Virus record (IMG/VR): IMGVR_UViG_3300031150_000003
Location: 1-41,054 of that record
DNA length: 41,054 nt
Source: a virus
Taxonomy: Duplodnaviria > Caudoviricetes
Strand: one strand, 5' to 3'
Of the stretch, positions 19,474 through 27,483 are shown one piece after another. A model generated the notes under the pieces. It did not search any database. It saw only the letters and a program-made list of their open reading frames with translations, and was not told the DNA's origin. A program made the position numbers and the translations under genes. How positions within the stretch are numbered: position 1 is the stretch's first letter; each line of letters opens with the position of its first letter.

Positions 19474-19917
19474 TCACGCGAGGCGCTTGGCGTGGATCTG
19501 CGCGATCGGCTTGTAGCCCAGGATCTCGAGCAGCCGCGCAAAGCGGCACCCCATGGGCGAAGAATGGTAGACCATTTTCACGCCTTCCGCACCTAGTGCC
19601 TTCTCGGCATGCCTGACAAGCGCCGGCGTGACGCGCGCTTTGACGGCTTCCTCGGCGTGCACGACGTTCTGCTGGGCCTCGAGCAGGTACTGCCGGCGCG
19701 GGGCTGTGCCGACCACGAATGCCGCGTATCCGACGAGCTTACCGTCGATCCTCGCTGTGTAGACCCGCAGGCACCCGGCCTCCTCAATCGTCTCGTACAG
19801 GCGCCGGTTGATGTCGAACGGAAGGTCTGGCCACGGGTCAAACTGGGCGGCGCCTGCGGCCATCAGATCGGTCGATTCGTCCCACAGGCCGTGCACGCGC
19901 TCGCGCTGGATCTTCAC
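19474..19917 (-). CDS. GNAT-family acetyltransferase-like protein
   Basis: 147 aa from GTG overlapping the TerL stop; VYTARIDGKLVGY, LVRHAEK, RLLEILGY GNAT-like motifs. Confidence 0.65.
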   Translation of the reverse strand: MKIQRERVHGLWDESTDLMAAGAAQFDPWPDLPFDINRRLYETIEEAGCLRVYTARIDGKLVGYAAFVVGTAPRRQYLLEAQQNVVHAEEAVKARVTPALVRHAEKALGAEGVKMVYHSSPMGCRFARLLEILGYKPIAQIHAKRLA

Positions 19918-21554
19918 CGGCGGCGCCTCGCCTGGTATGCCACGACGACCTTCGGCTTCATGCCGGTCATGCCGCGGCCCTGGTTGTCGAGCTTGCGGTC
20001 GATCCAATCGGCCGCGTGGGTGGCCATCCTCGGGCCCGCCCACCACGCCATGACCACGGCGTCGGCCTCGTTCGGTGACCAGCCGAGGCGCTCGACGACG
20101 CCCTTCTCGCCGCCTTCGGACTTCGACTTGGGCTCGCACTTGATCCCCCGGGCCGTCGTTTCGTATGTCACCGCACATAGGCCCGCCAGCAGCCGCTTGT
20201 CGGGCGGCAGCGCCACCACGCTTCCACCGGGTTGATCTGGATCAAGGGCCTCGCGCATGCCCCAGTAGGCGGCCGAGCGGGTGTTGGTGAAGCCGAACTT
20301 CTTGTCTTTCGTCCTGCGGGTCGTCGCCGCGGCGCCCTTGTAGCCGATGCACTCGACGCCGTTCTCGGACAGGTGGTTGTAGATCCCGCCGCCGTACCCG
20401 CCGCCGAGGTCGATCACGACGGTCGCGTTGTCCCGGCGCTCGGTGACCACGAGGCCGGCCGCTGCCGTGCCCAGGCGGTCCTGCGGGATGTCCTTGCCGT
20501 GGATCTTGACGAGGCGCGCGAACCAAGCGTCGTGCCTGGGCGCCATCACCATGTCGTCCTGGCCGCCGCCGGTGGGGTCCACGCCGATCGCGCACATCGG
20601 CACGTCAGCCGGGGGCTTCTCCGTCCAGCGGCGCTGGGCGGCCCGCACCCAGGCGCTCGGGATCACCTGGTAGGCGCTGTCGGTCAGGCCGGCCGTGAAG
20701 TCGCCCTTCAGGAGCTGGCTTCGCAGGGGCTCAGGGAGGTTTTGCAGCTGGGCCCGGTACTCGGCCGTGTTCCGGTATGGGTTGTCCTCGAGGCTCGCCG
20801 GGATGAAGGTGTAGCTGCGGGCGGTGTATGTCTCGCCGTTCACCGTGTACTCGCCTGGCCCTTCGACCCAGACCATTTGCCCTGGCTGGTCCTTCAGGTT
20901 CTTGCCGATGTAGACCGCCCAGAGGAGCTTGCCTGGCTCGGTCGGGAAGAGTGGGTGGCTCTCGTCCAGCCACGGGCCGAACCAGTCGAGCATCCAGTAG
21001 CCGTCGCTTGTCCTGGGTGGGTTCGAGGCAAGCACGACCCTGGTGCGCCGGCCGGGCCTCGCCCGCAGCCACGCGAAGAGGCTGGCGATCTGGGCCTCGA
21101 GGAATTCGCCGGCCTCGTCGTAGCCGTAGTAGTCGCGCTCGCGGCCGGCATGGTCCATCCAGCTCTCGGCGTCGCGCATGCCGGCGAGCTTGAGCGTCCT
21201 GCCGTCAGGCCGCGTCCATTCGTGGTCGGTTCCGTTCCAACCGCGCGCGCCGAGGATGGCCTTGCCGTCGGATTCCAGGCCGTCGGTCTGCGTCAGTTCG
21301 CGCCGGAAGATGATGCCGGTGTCGGCTTCATTCACGCCCCAGCCGAGGAGCAGGTGGGACTTCCCGCCGCCCGCCTGCCCGCCGTAGAGCAGGATGTCGG
21401 CCGCCGACAGGTAGGCGTCGGTCTGGGGCCCGGGGTTCGGTACCCAGGCCATGTGGCGCGTGGCCTGGTGGACTTCCTCGGCGATCTTGCGGCGCACTGG
21501 TACGGGCTTCGCCCGCACCCGCTCGAGCAGCTCGTCGAGGACGCCCTTGGCCAT
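19914..21554 (-). CDS. terL: Terminase large subunit
   Basis: Walker A LYGGQAGGGKS, Walker B YGYDEA, RNase-H nuclease IGVDP, SPNEADA. Confidence 0.93.
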   Translation of the reverse strand: MAKGVLDELLERVRAKPVPVRRKIAEEVHQATRHMAWVPNPGPQTDAYLSAADILLYGGQAGGGKSHLLLGWGVNEADTGIIFRRELTQTDGLESDGKAILGARGWNGTDHEWTRPDGRTLKLAGMRDAESWMDHAGRERDYYGYDEAGEFLEAQIASLFAWLRARPGRRTRVVLASNPPRTSDGYWMLDWFGPWLDESHPLFPTEPGKLLWAVYIGKNLKDQPGQMVWVEGPGEYTVNGETYTARSYTFIPASLEDNPYRNTAEYRAQLQNLPEPLRSQLLKGDFTAGLTDSAYQVIPSAWVRAAQRRWTEKPPADVPMCAIGVDPTGGGQDDMVMAPRHDAWFARLVKIHGKDIPQDRLGTAAAGLVVTERRDNATVVIDLGGGYGGGIYNHLSENGVECIGYKGAAATTRRTKDKKFGFTNTRSAAYWGMREALDPDQPGGSVVALPPDKRLLAGLCAVTYETTARGIKCEPKSKSEGGEKGVVERLGWSPNEADAVVMAWWAGPRMATHAADWIDRKLDNQGRGMTGMKPKVVVAYQARRRR

Positions 21555-21566
21555 CGGGCCTAGCGC

Positions 21567-21791
21567 CTAGAACGTTGTCGGTCTGGCAATCGAACGAATC
21601 AACGCCATGAAGCCTTTTTGCAGATCGGTTGCCGCGATTGCCAGCCAACGCTGGTCAATGTCCTTCATCGCGCGCAAGGCTTCGATCAATTTGCCGATGT
21701 CCTCGCCTTTGTTCTTGGCGTCGTTCATCAGCGCGATTTCATCTTCGGTCAAGTCCCTGTATCCCTTGATGTGCTTGTGCTGGTTGTCCAC
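21567..21791 (-). CDS. acb2: Anti-CBASS protein Acb2 (cyclic-oligonucleotide sponge)
   Basis: MDNQHKHIKGYRDLTEDEIALMN...RWLAIAATDLQKGFMALIRSIARPTTF closely follows the Acb2 signature as recalled (MDNQHKKIKGYRDL...RWLAIG.TD.Q.G.MA.IRAIAQP..F). GTG start with AAGGAG RBS. Confidence 0.88.
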   Translation of the reverse strand: MDNQHKHIKGYRDLTEDEIALMNDAKNKGEDIGKLIEALRAMKDIDQRWLAIAATDLQKGFMALIRSIARPTTF

Positions 21792-21807
21792 TGTGTTGCT
21801 CCTTTGG

Positions 21808-23175
21808 TTATCGGCGGCGTTTCTTCGCTGCCTTCGCTGGCCACCGTCCTTGCTTTGATTCCGTTACGTGCCTCGTAAAATCTCCGGGGGCGCCAGACGA
21901 TATTTTCCTTCGCAGCGTTTCTGGCAATTGTTGCAAGGTCTTTTCATGTTGCCCCCCAGTCACGGCCGCCTCGATCAAACGCTTGAGCGTGGCCTCGGTT
22001 GTCTCGCCTGGGTGCGCGAAGTGCTGCAGGTGCGCGGTCAGTGTACGCCCCACTGTTCCTTCTTGTCCGAGGCGCCTGATCACGTCGATCGCGCCTTCGC
22101 TCGTGCCTGTCTCGCCGGCGTGCGGGCGCAGGGCCTCCATGATCTCCTTGGCGAAGGCGACCTGCGGTGGCTCGGTCATGGCCTCGAGCACGTCGTTCTT
22201 TGGACCACCTACCGTCATGCGCTCGATTGGTCTGCCGTCAAGGTGCGTGATGCCGCTCCCGAGACCGGTGCCTGGCGTCTGCCCGATCACCATGCCGGGC
22301 AGCATGCCGTAGGGGCTCGTCCAGGTCTGCACGAAGTACTGCAGCGCGTGCTGTTCGCCTTGGACGCCGGCGAGCTTGTTCTGCGCCTCGGCGATGTTCG
22401 CCTGCGCCTGGCCGGAGAGGCTCGAGAGCTCGCGCGCGCGGGCCGTGAGCTTGATGTAGTTGTGGTCCCACTCGCTGATGCCGTAGACCGGCATCGGCCG
22501 CATGAGGTCCGACTCGGGCGGGAGGAACACGCCGATGCCGCGGCGCATGGCTTCCAGCAGGAAGAACTGGCAGCCTGGGCGCTGGTAGGCGTACTCCTCG
22601 TTCGCTGCCATGTCGACGCCCCAGAGGCCGATCACGTCGTCCGAGTCGTCCTTCTGCATTTCGGCCTCGAATGCCTGCTTCGAGAATCCGTCCGTGATCG
22701 TGAGGCCCTTGGTCGCCTCCCCGCGCTCCTGCGCACGGCTGATCTGGCGCTGCTCGCGCAGGTGCTCGATCGTGTCGATGGCCAGCGCCACCATGAGCGC
22801 GAGGCTCGATGTCAGGAAGTAACTGCTGAACTTCTCCTCGATCCTGTCGATCGGGTAGACGACGTGGTTCGGGAATTCCGGCACCGTGCCGCCGGTGTAG
22901 AGAATGCCCTTGAAGTCGCGCAGGAACTGGCTGTACTCGGGGCCGAACCACTGCGCGTAGGGCTCCCAGCGATGCACTTCGAACCAGCGGGTTGCTCGAG
23001 GTGACACGGCCCAGCATCCTGGGCTGCATCCCCAGATGTCCCACTCGCCACCGATCTGGCCGTGGGCGCGCGCCAGGCTCGGGGCCTTGCCCTGCATCCA
23101 CAGGGCGTGCTGCTCGTTCTGGAACGGGGCTTTGTGGATCGAGCTTGACGCCGATCCGAGCACGGCGATCTTCAT
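21808..23175 (-). CDS. Putative nonulosonic-acid (sialyltransferase/Maf-like) glycosyltransferase, paralog 2, with C-terminal extension
   Basis: KIAVLGSASSS...IWGCS...TSSLALMVALAI...IGLWGVDM pattern parallels CstII (GT42)/Maf motifs. Paralog of 23172-24032. Confidence 0.55.
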   Translation of the reverse strand: MKIAVLGSASSSIHKAPFQNEQHALWMQGKAPSLARAHGQIGGEWDIWGCSPGCWAVSPRATRWFEVHRWEPYAQWFGPEYSQFLRDFKGILYTGGTVPEFPNHVVYPIDRIEEKFSSYFLTSSLALMVALAIDTIEHLREQRQISRAQERGEATKGLTITDGFSKQAFEAEMQKDDSDDVIGLWGVDMAANEEYAYQRPGCQFFLLEAMRRGIGVFLPPESDLMRPMPVYGISEWDHNYIKLTARARELSSLSGQAQANIAEAQNKLAGVQGEQHALQYFVQTWTSPYGMLPGMVIGQTPGTGLGSGITHLDGRPIERMTVGGPKNDVLEAMTEPPQVAFAKEIMEALRPHAGETGTSEGAIDVIRRLGQEGTVGRTLTAHLQHFAHPGETTEATLKRLIEAAVTGGQHEKTLQQLPETLRRKISSGAPGDFTRHVTESKQGRWPAKAAKKRRR

Positions 23176-24032
23176 GTGGCTTCTCCGCTCGGCTGGGGTT
23201 CGGCTGTCGGTGTCAGGCTCTCAACGACTGCTGCCCTGATGCTCGGCCCTCTGGCAAGCACCGTCGGGTGCACGCCCATGCCGGTGCGGTCCTCGCCCCA
23301 CGTCGTCATCTGGTACTCGAGGTCGTCCAGCGCACCGTTCAGGAAGGCGACCGTGGTGGTGGCTGCCGCGGCCTGCTGCTCGGCGAGCACCTTGCGCTGC
23401 AGCAGCTCGTTTTTCCTGGTGAGGTTCTTGATGTGCCAGTGGCTCGACTCGGAGATCCCGTAGATCGGCATGGGCCTGAGCAGGTCGCTCTCGGGCGGCA
23501 CGACGACGTTGATGCCGAGGTCGGCGGCGAGCAGCAGGAAGTGCTGGCAGCCGGCCCTCTGGTAGCCGTATTCCTCGGTCGCCACCATGTCCACGCCGAA
23601 GAGGCCGATGGCGTCGTCGGCCGGCACGTCTGGGGGCCGCTGCTCGCGCTCGGCCAGAATCGCCCTGATGGCCATGGCGATCATGATGGCGATGCTCGAC
23701 GTGAAGAAGAACGTCCCGAACTGCTCGGTCAGCGCGTCGATCGGCAGCGCGCGCGAGGCCGGGATCTCGGGCACGGGCTCGTGCATCCAGACCGGGCAGC
23801 GCGCCGGATCGCGCATCGCCATCCACTGCACGTACTCCGGGCTGAACCACTGGCGCTGCTTGGCCGGATTGCCGACGACCGGCGGTTCCCAGCGGTGCAG
23901 CTCGAACCACGCGTTGGGGCTGCCGCACTGGTAGTAGACGCCAGGCGAGCATCCCCAGATCTGCCACGTCGGGTCGCCGAAGGGCGCGAGCCCCAGGGAC
24001 GAAGGGGCCGAGCCCAATACTGCGACTTTCAT
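23172..24032 (-). CDS. Putative nonulosonic-acid (sialyltransferase/Maf-like) glycosyltransferase, paralog 1
   Basis: KVAVLGSAPSS...IWGCS...TSSIAIMIAMAI...IGLFGVDM pattern parallels CstII KVIIAGNGPSL...TSGVYMCAVAI...IYLSGIDF. GAGGAG RBS. Confidence 0.55.
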   Translation of the reverse strand: MKVAVLGSAPSSLGLAPFGDPTWQIWGCSPGVYYQCGSPNAWFELHRWEPPVVGNPAKQRQWFSPEYVQWMAMRDPARCPVWMHEPVPEIPASRALPIDALTEQFGTFFFTSSIAIMIAMAIRAILAEREQRPPDVPADDAIGLFGVDMVATEEYGYQRAGCQHFLLLAADLGINVVVPPESDLLRPMPIYGISESSHWHIKNLTRKNELLQRKVLAEQQAAAATTTVAFLNGALDDLEYQMTTWGEDRTGMGVHPTVLARGPSIRAAVVESLTPTAEPQPSGEAT

Positions 24033-24062
24033 CGTTCTCCTCCTCAGAAGTTGCGTTGTTGA

Positions 24063-24548
24063 TCAGCTCGACGGTACGGATGCCCCTGTCGAGAGCGCCA
24101 GCACGAGCCACTTCGCCGTGGTGATGCCCATCAGCGTGACCTGCTGGCCGACGGCGTTCAGCATGACGCCGGTTGCGGTCGACAGGAAGCTCGAGTTGTA
24201 GCCGGTCACGCCGCTGCCGAAGCCGACGACCACCGGCATGGTGCTGCCCAGGGTGGCGCTGACCTTCATCAGCGTCTTGCGCACACCTGGCTCGGGCGCC
24301 GCCATGGTCCACGCGCAGCCGACTTCGGTCGTTCCGAGCGAGGATGCGGTCGTCGCCGCGCCCGTGGTCACGTCCAGCATCGTGATGCCGTAGTTCGTGA
24401 CTTGGGTGGCAGTCGACCCGGAGGTCAGCGACTGGGTGGCGACAGCCATGTCCTTCGGCCCCACCATGAATTCGTTGGAGTTCAGGCCGAGCCTGCGTCC
24501 GTGGATGGACGTCAGGATCGAGTTGCGCAGTGCGGTGAGTGTCGTCAT
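24063..24548 (-). CDS. Ser/Thr-rich putative virion surface/decoration protein
   Basis: 161 aa, 45 Ser+Thr (28%), beta-rich small-residue composition, N-terminal LTSIHGRRLGL. Confidence 0.65.
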   Translation of the reverse strand: MTTLTALRNSILTSIHGRRLGLNSNEFMVGPKDMAVATQSLTSGSTATQVTNYGITMLDVTTGAATTASSLGTTEVGCAWTMAAPEPGVRKTLMKVSATLGSTMPVVVGFGSGVTGYNSSFLSTATGVMLNAVGQQVTLMGITTAKWLVLALSTGASVPSS

Positions 24549-24591
24549 GGTCTTGCCCCTTTACGTTCGATGCTGCCTCTCCTCCTGCTTT

Positions 24592-24987
24592 TCATTTGCG
24601 CCAGACTTCGGCCATCACGTAGCCGCTCGTGCGCGCGATCACCGAGAAACCCGTTGACCACGCCGGGATCTGCAGGGTGCGCTCGCCGAGCACGGGCAGG
24701 CTGTTGCCGGTCGATCCGACGGTTGTGCCGGTCGTCACGCTGGTGCCGCTCGATGGCACCACCGCATGTGTACTGACCACGTTCACGTGGAAGTTGAGTG
24801 CTGCGCCCGCGCTACTGAGGCCGGAGAAACGCACGAGGTGCGCGTAAGTCGCCGCGGCGCCGGCGCTTGATGCCGATGCGCCCCAGTCCCTCGATTGCCC
24901 GACGGCCGCATCGAGCAGGATCGTGTGGACCGTGTCCGGCGGCTGCGGGATCTTGTCGGTCGGACTCAGGGCGCCGTAGGAGCGCAC
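24592..24987 (-). CDS. Ser/Thr-rich putative virion protein, paralog B
   Basis: 131 aa, GTG start with GGAGG RBS, about 24% Ser+Thr. Aligns by eye with 24989-25345 (QPPDTV, LVRF.GLS.AGA.LNF, PSSGTSV, RTLQIP, SGY..AE.WR). Confidence 0.7.
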   Translation of the reverse strand: MRSYGALSPTDKIPQPPDTVHTILLDAAVGQSRDWGASASSAGAAATYAHLVRFSGLSSAGAALNFHVNVVSTHAVVPSSGTSVTTGTTVGSTGNSLPVLGERTLQIPAWSTGFSVIARTSGYVMAEVWRK

Positions 24988-24988
24988 G

Positions 24989-25345
24989 TCACATCCTCCA
25001 CTGCTCTGCGATGATGTAGCCCGAGCTGACCGCGGCTGCCGACCAGCCGGTCGAGCCCGGCGGGATCTGCAGCGTCCTGGTGCCGTTCACCGGGATGTTG
25101 CTGCCGCTCGAGCCGGTTGCAACGCTCGTCCCGCTCGACGGTATCGCGGCCATCGTCGTCTGCAGGTTGACGCTGAAGTTGAGTTGGGCGCCTGCCGTGC
25201 TCAAGCCCGTGAAGCGCACGAGTTGCGCGAGGGTGGATCCCCAGTCAAGGGCCTGGCCGCTCGAATTCTCGACGAGCAGCGTCTGGACGGTGTCCGGGGG
25301 CTGCGAGATCTGGTCGATCGGGCTTCTGGCAGCGTAGGCGCGCAT
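24989..25345 (-). CDS. Ser/Thr-rich putative virion protein, paralog A
   Basis: 118 aa starting MRAYAARSP (start chosen by homology to paralog B), about 25% Ser+Thr. Confidence 0.7.
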   Translation of the reverse strand: MRAYAARSPIDQISQPPDTVQTLLVENSSGQALDWGSTLAQLVRFTGLSTAGAQLNFSVNLQTTMAAIPSSGTSVATGSSGSNIPVNGTRTLQIPPGSTGWSAAAVSSGYIIAEQWRM

Positions 25346-25347
25346 GG

Positions 25348-25461
25348 TCAATAGGCCTTCATCATCTTGCGGTTGGCTGCGTAGCTGCGCATGCTCCTCG
25401 CGGCCGTAGCGCTTGCCATCATTGCGGGCTTCTTCACGTGCTTCGCCCTGCGCTTTTTCAT
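25348..25461 (-). CDS. Small basic peptide (37 aa)
   Basis: MKKRRAKHVKKPAMMASATAARSMRSYAANRKMMKAY, just downstream of the putative promoter, weak AGAG RBS. Confidence 0.45.
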   Translation of the reverse strand: MKKRRAKHVKKPAMMASATAARSMRSYAANRKMMKAY

Positions 25462-25504
25462 GCGCGCTCTCTGTGCCGCGGTAGATCCTGCTGGCATGGC
25501 GCGC

Positions 25505-25533
25505 ACTGTAGCGCGTCGCCGCGCCGCGCACAA
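25505..25533 (-). promoter_or_regulatory. Putative late promoter for the decoration/glycosyltransferase/terL unit
   Basis: TTGTGC-N17-TACAGT immediately after the TerS stop. Shares ACTTGTGCGC with the capsid promoter. Confidence 0.5.
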
Positions 25534-25534
25534 G

Positions 25535-26083
25535 TCAGCCAGGGATCGTGATCTTCTTCTTCGCGTGCTTGGGCGGTGGTTCAGCGGCCCGTTCAGCCGC
25601 GACGGCACCCTTGGCGAGCATGAAGGACAGGCGCCTGATCTGCTCGAGTTCGTCCATCTGCTCGGGGGCTGCGGGCGTCGGTGCGGGCGGCGTGTCCTTG
25701 TCGGCGGTGCGCCAGCGCGCGCGAGTTTTCAGCCAGAAGATCTGCGCGACCGGGATGCCGCCTGGGTACGTCTCGGTGGCGGTGGTCGCGTTCTTGAACA
25801 GGCCCTGCGCCACCTGGGCGTCGGCCTTCGTGTGCCCGCCGTCCAGTTCCTGCCGGAAGTACTTGCGCAGCGTCTTGACGCCGATCGGCTCCTGCGTGGT
25901 CTGGTGGATGATCACTCGGGACATGTCGTCCTCGGGGATGCCGGCGCCCGCCATGAATTCGACCGTCAGGCGCTGCTCGCGGCTTGGCACGAAGCGGCTG
26001 GCGCCTTTCGGCCTACCCACGCGACGCTTTGCCTTTTCCTCTGGCTTTGGCGATGGCGTCGAAGGTCTTTTTCTCGGCTGCAT
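25535..26083 (-). CDS. Putative terminase small subunit
   Basis: 182 aa; GRPK, HTH-like region, KTLRKYF.QEL..G...A...VA..LF..A, AQIFWLKTRARWR. This TerS-like pattern usually follows ParB-MTases. Confidence 0.7.
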   Translation of the reverse strand: MQPRKRPSTPSPKPEEKAKRRVGRPKGASRFVPSREQRLTVEFMAGAGIPEDDMSRVIIHQTTQEPIGVKTLRKYFRQELDGGHTKADAQVAQGLFKNATTATETYPGGIPVAQIFWLKTRARWRTADKDTPPAPTPAAPEQMDELEQIRRLSFMLAKGAVAAERAAEPPPKHAKKKITIPG

Positions 26084-27473
26084 GGGTGGCGGCCTTCCCG
26101 GTGAGTTCCTGCCAGCGCTTCACGCCCACGTCGACGTAGCGCGGGTCGAGCTCGAGCGCGTAGCCTACGCGCTTTGTCTGCTCGGCGGCGATGATGGTGC
26201 TCGAGGCGCCGGCGAAGAAGTCGAGCACGATCTGGCCCTCGGTGGTCGAGTTGCCCAGTGCTCGGCGGGCGAGTTCGACCGGCTTCATGGTGGGGTGGAG
26301 TGCGGCACCAGCCTTGCCGAGGCCTGCGTCGCGGCTCACTTCCCAGACGTCCTCGGCCGGGCCGCCGGAGGCCTGCAGGAGCACGGTGCCGTCCACGTGC
26401 ATGTGGCGGACCTTGCGGCCCTTCGGGGCTTGGGCTGAGACGTAGATCTCGCCGCCGGCCTTCGTGGCGAGGATCAGGCCCTGCCCGACGGCCGTGTGGG
26501 CCTCGCCCTTGGCGCTACGCGCGGCCAGGCGCCAGACGGTGGTCTGGGTACGGTCGCCGTGCCAGGCCGGCTTCACGCCCTGCCTGGCGGCGTAGAAGCA
26601 GGGCTCGTGCGCCCATCGGTAGTCCGACCAGCCGAGCACCATGGCGGGCTTCGCCCAGATGATCATGCCGAGCTCGACCAGGCCCACGTCCCTGAGCGCC
26701 CTGGCGAAGTCCTCTCGGGTTGCGCTCGCGTGCCAGACGTACCAGCCGGCGTCCTCTCGGGTGTGCTCGATTGCGGCCGCGAATGCGCTGTTCAGCAGCT
26801 GGTAGAGCTGGCCTCGGCGCAGCTCGTCGCCCTGGATGGCCTCGAATCCGCCGCTCGGGCTCTCGTAGCTGATGCCGTAGGGCGGGTCGGTGAAGACGCA
26901 CTGCGCCTTGCCGCCTGCCATGAGCGCCTTCAGGGCGGCCGGCTTTGTTGCGTCGCCGCACATGAGGCGGTGGTCGCCACACCGCCAGACGTCGCCTGAC
27001 TTCGAGACCGCGTGCTTGGGCAGCTCTGGCGCCGGTGGTTCGGTCGGTGCAGGCGGGTCAGGCTCGAGCGTGAGCGCGATCTCGCTCGCCTCGAAGCCTG
27101 TCAGGCCGAGGTCCATGCCCATGGCTTTGAGGTCGCCGAGTTCGATCTTGAGCAGGTCCTGGTCCCAGCCGGCATCGAGCGCCGCCCGGTTGTCGCCCAG
27201 GATGAAGGTCCGCTTCTCGCCCTCCGAGAGGCCCGAGAGCTCGATCACGGGCACGCGCTGCATGCCCAGCTGCAGGGCGGCCTGCAGGCTGCCGTGGCCC
27301 TTCAGGATCTCGCCCTTCTTTGAATCCACGAGGATCGGCACGACGAATCCGACCGTCTCGATCAGGCGCTTGATCTTGGTGATCTGCTCGGGCGGGTGGA
27401 CGCGGGCGTTCCGCGCGTAGGGTTTGAGCTTCGAGACCTGCCGGTACTCGATCCGTAAGTTGTTGTTTTTCAT
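26013..27473 (-). CDS. ParB-like N-terminal domain fused to an N6-A/N4-C DNA methyltransferase (beta class)
   Basis: LKPYARNAR.H, GHG, DNR (ParB); FTDPPY, HPTMKPVEL, VLDFFAG (MTase). Alternative start at 27482. Confidence 0.88.
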   Translation of the reverse strand: MKNNNLRIEYRQVSKLKPYARNARVHPPEQITKIKRLIETVGFVVPILVDSKKGEILKGHGSLQAALQLGMQRVPVIELSGLSEGEKRTFILGDNRAALDAGWDQDLLKIELGDLKAMGMDLGLTGFEASEIALTLEPDPPAPTEPPAPELPKHAVSKSGDVWRCGDHRLMCGDATKPAALKALMAGGKAQCVFTDPPYGISYESPSGGFEAIQGDELRRGQLYQLLNSAFAAAIEHTREDAGWYVWHASATREDFARALRDVGLVELGMIIWAKPAMVLGWSDYRWAHEPCFYAARQGVKPAWHGDRTQTTVWRLAARSAKGEAHTAVGQGLILATKAGGEIYVSAQAPKGRKVRHMHVDGTVLLQASGGPAEDVWEVSRDAGLGKAGAALHPTMKPVELARRALGNSTTEGQIVLDFFAGASSTIIAAEQTKRVGYALELDPRYVDVGVKRWQELTGKAATHAAEKKTFDAIAKARGKGKASRG

Positions 27474-27483
27474 AAGCGGCATT

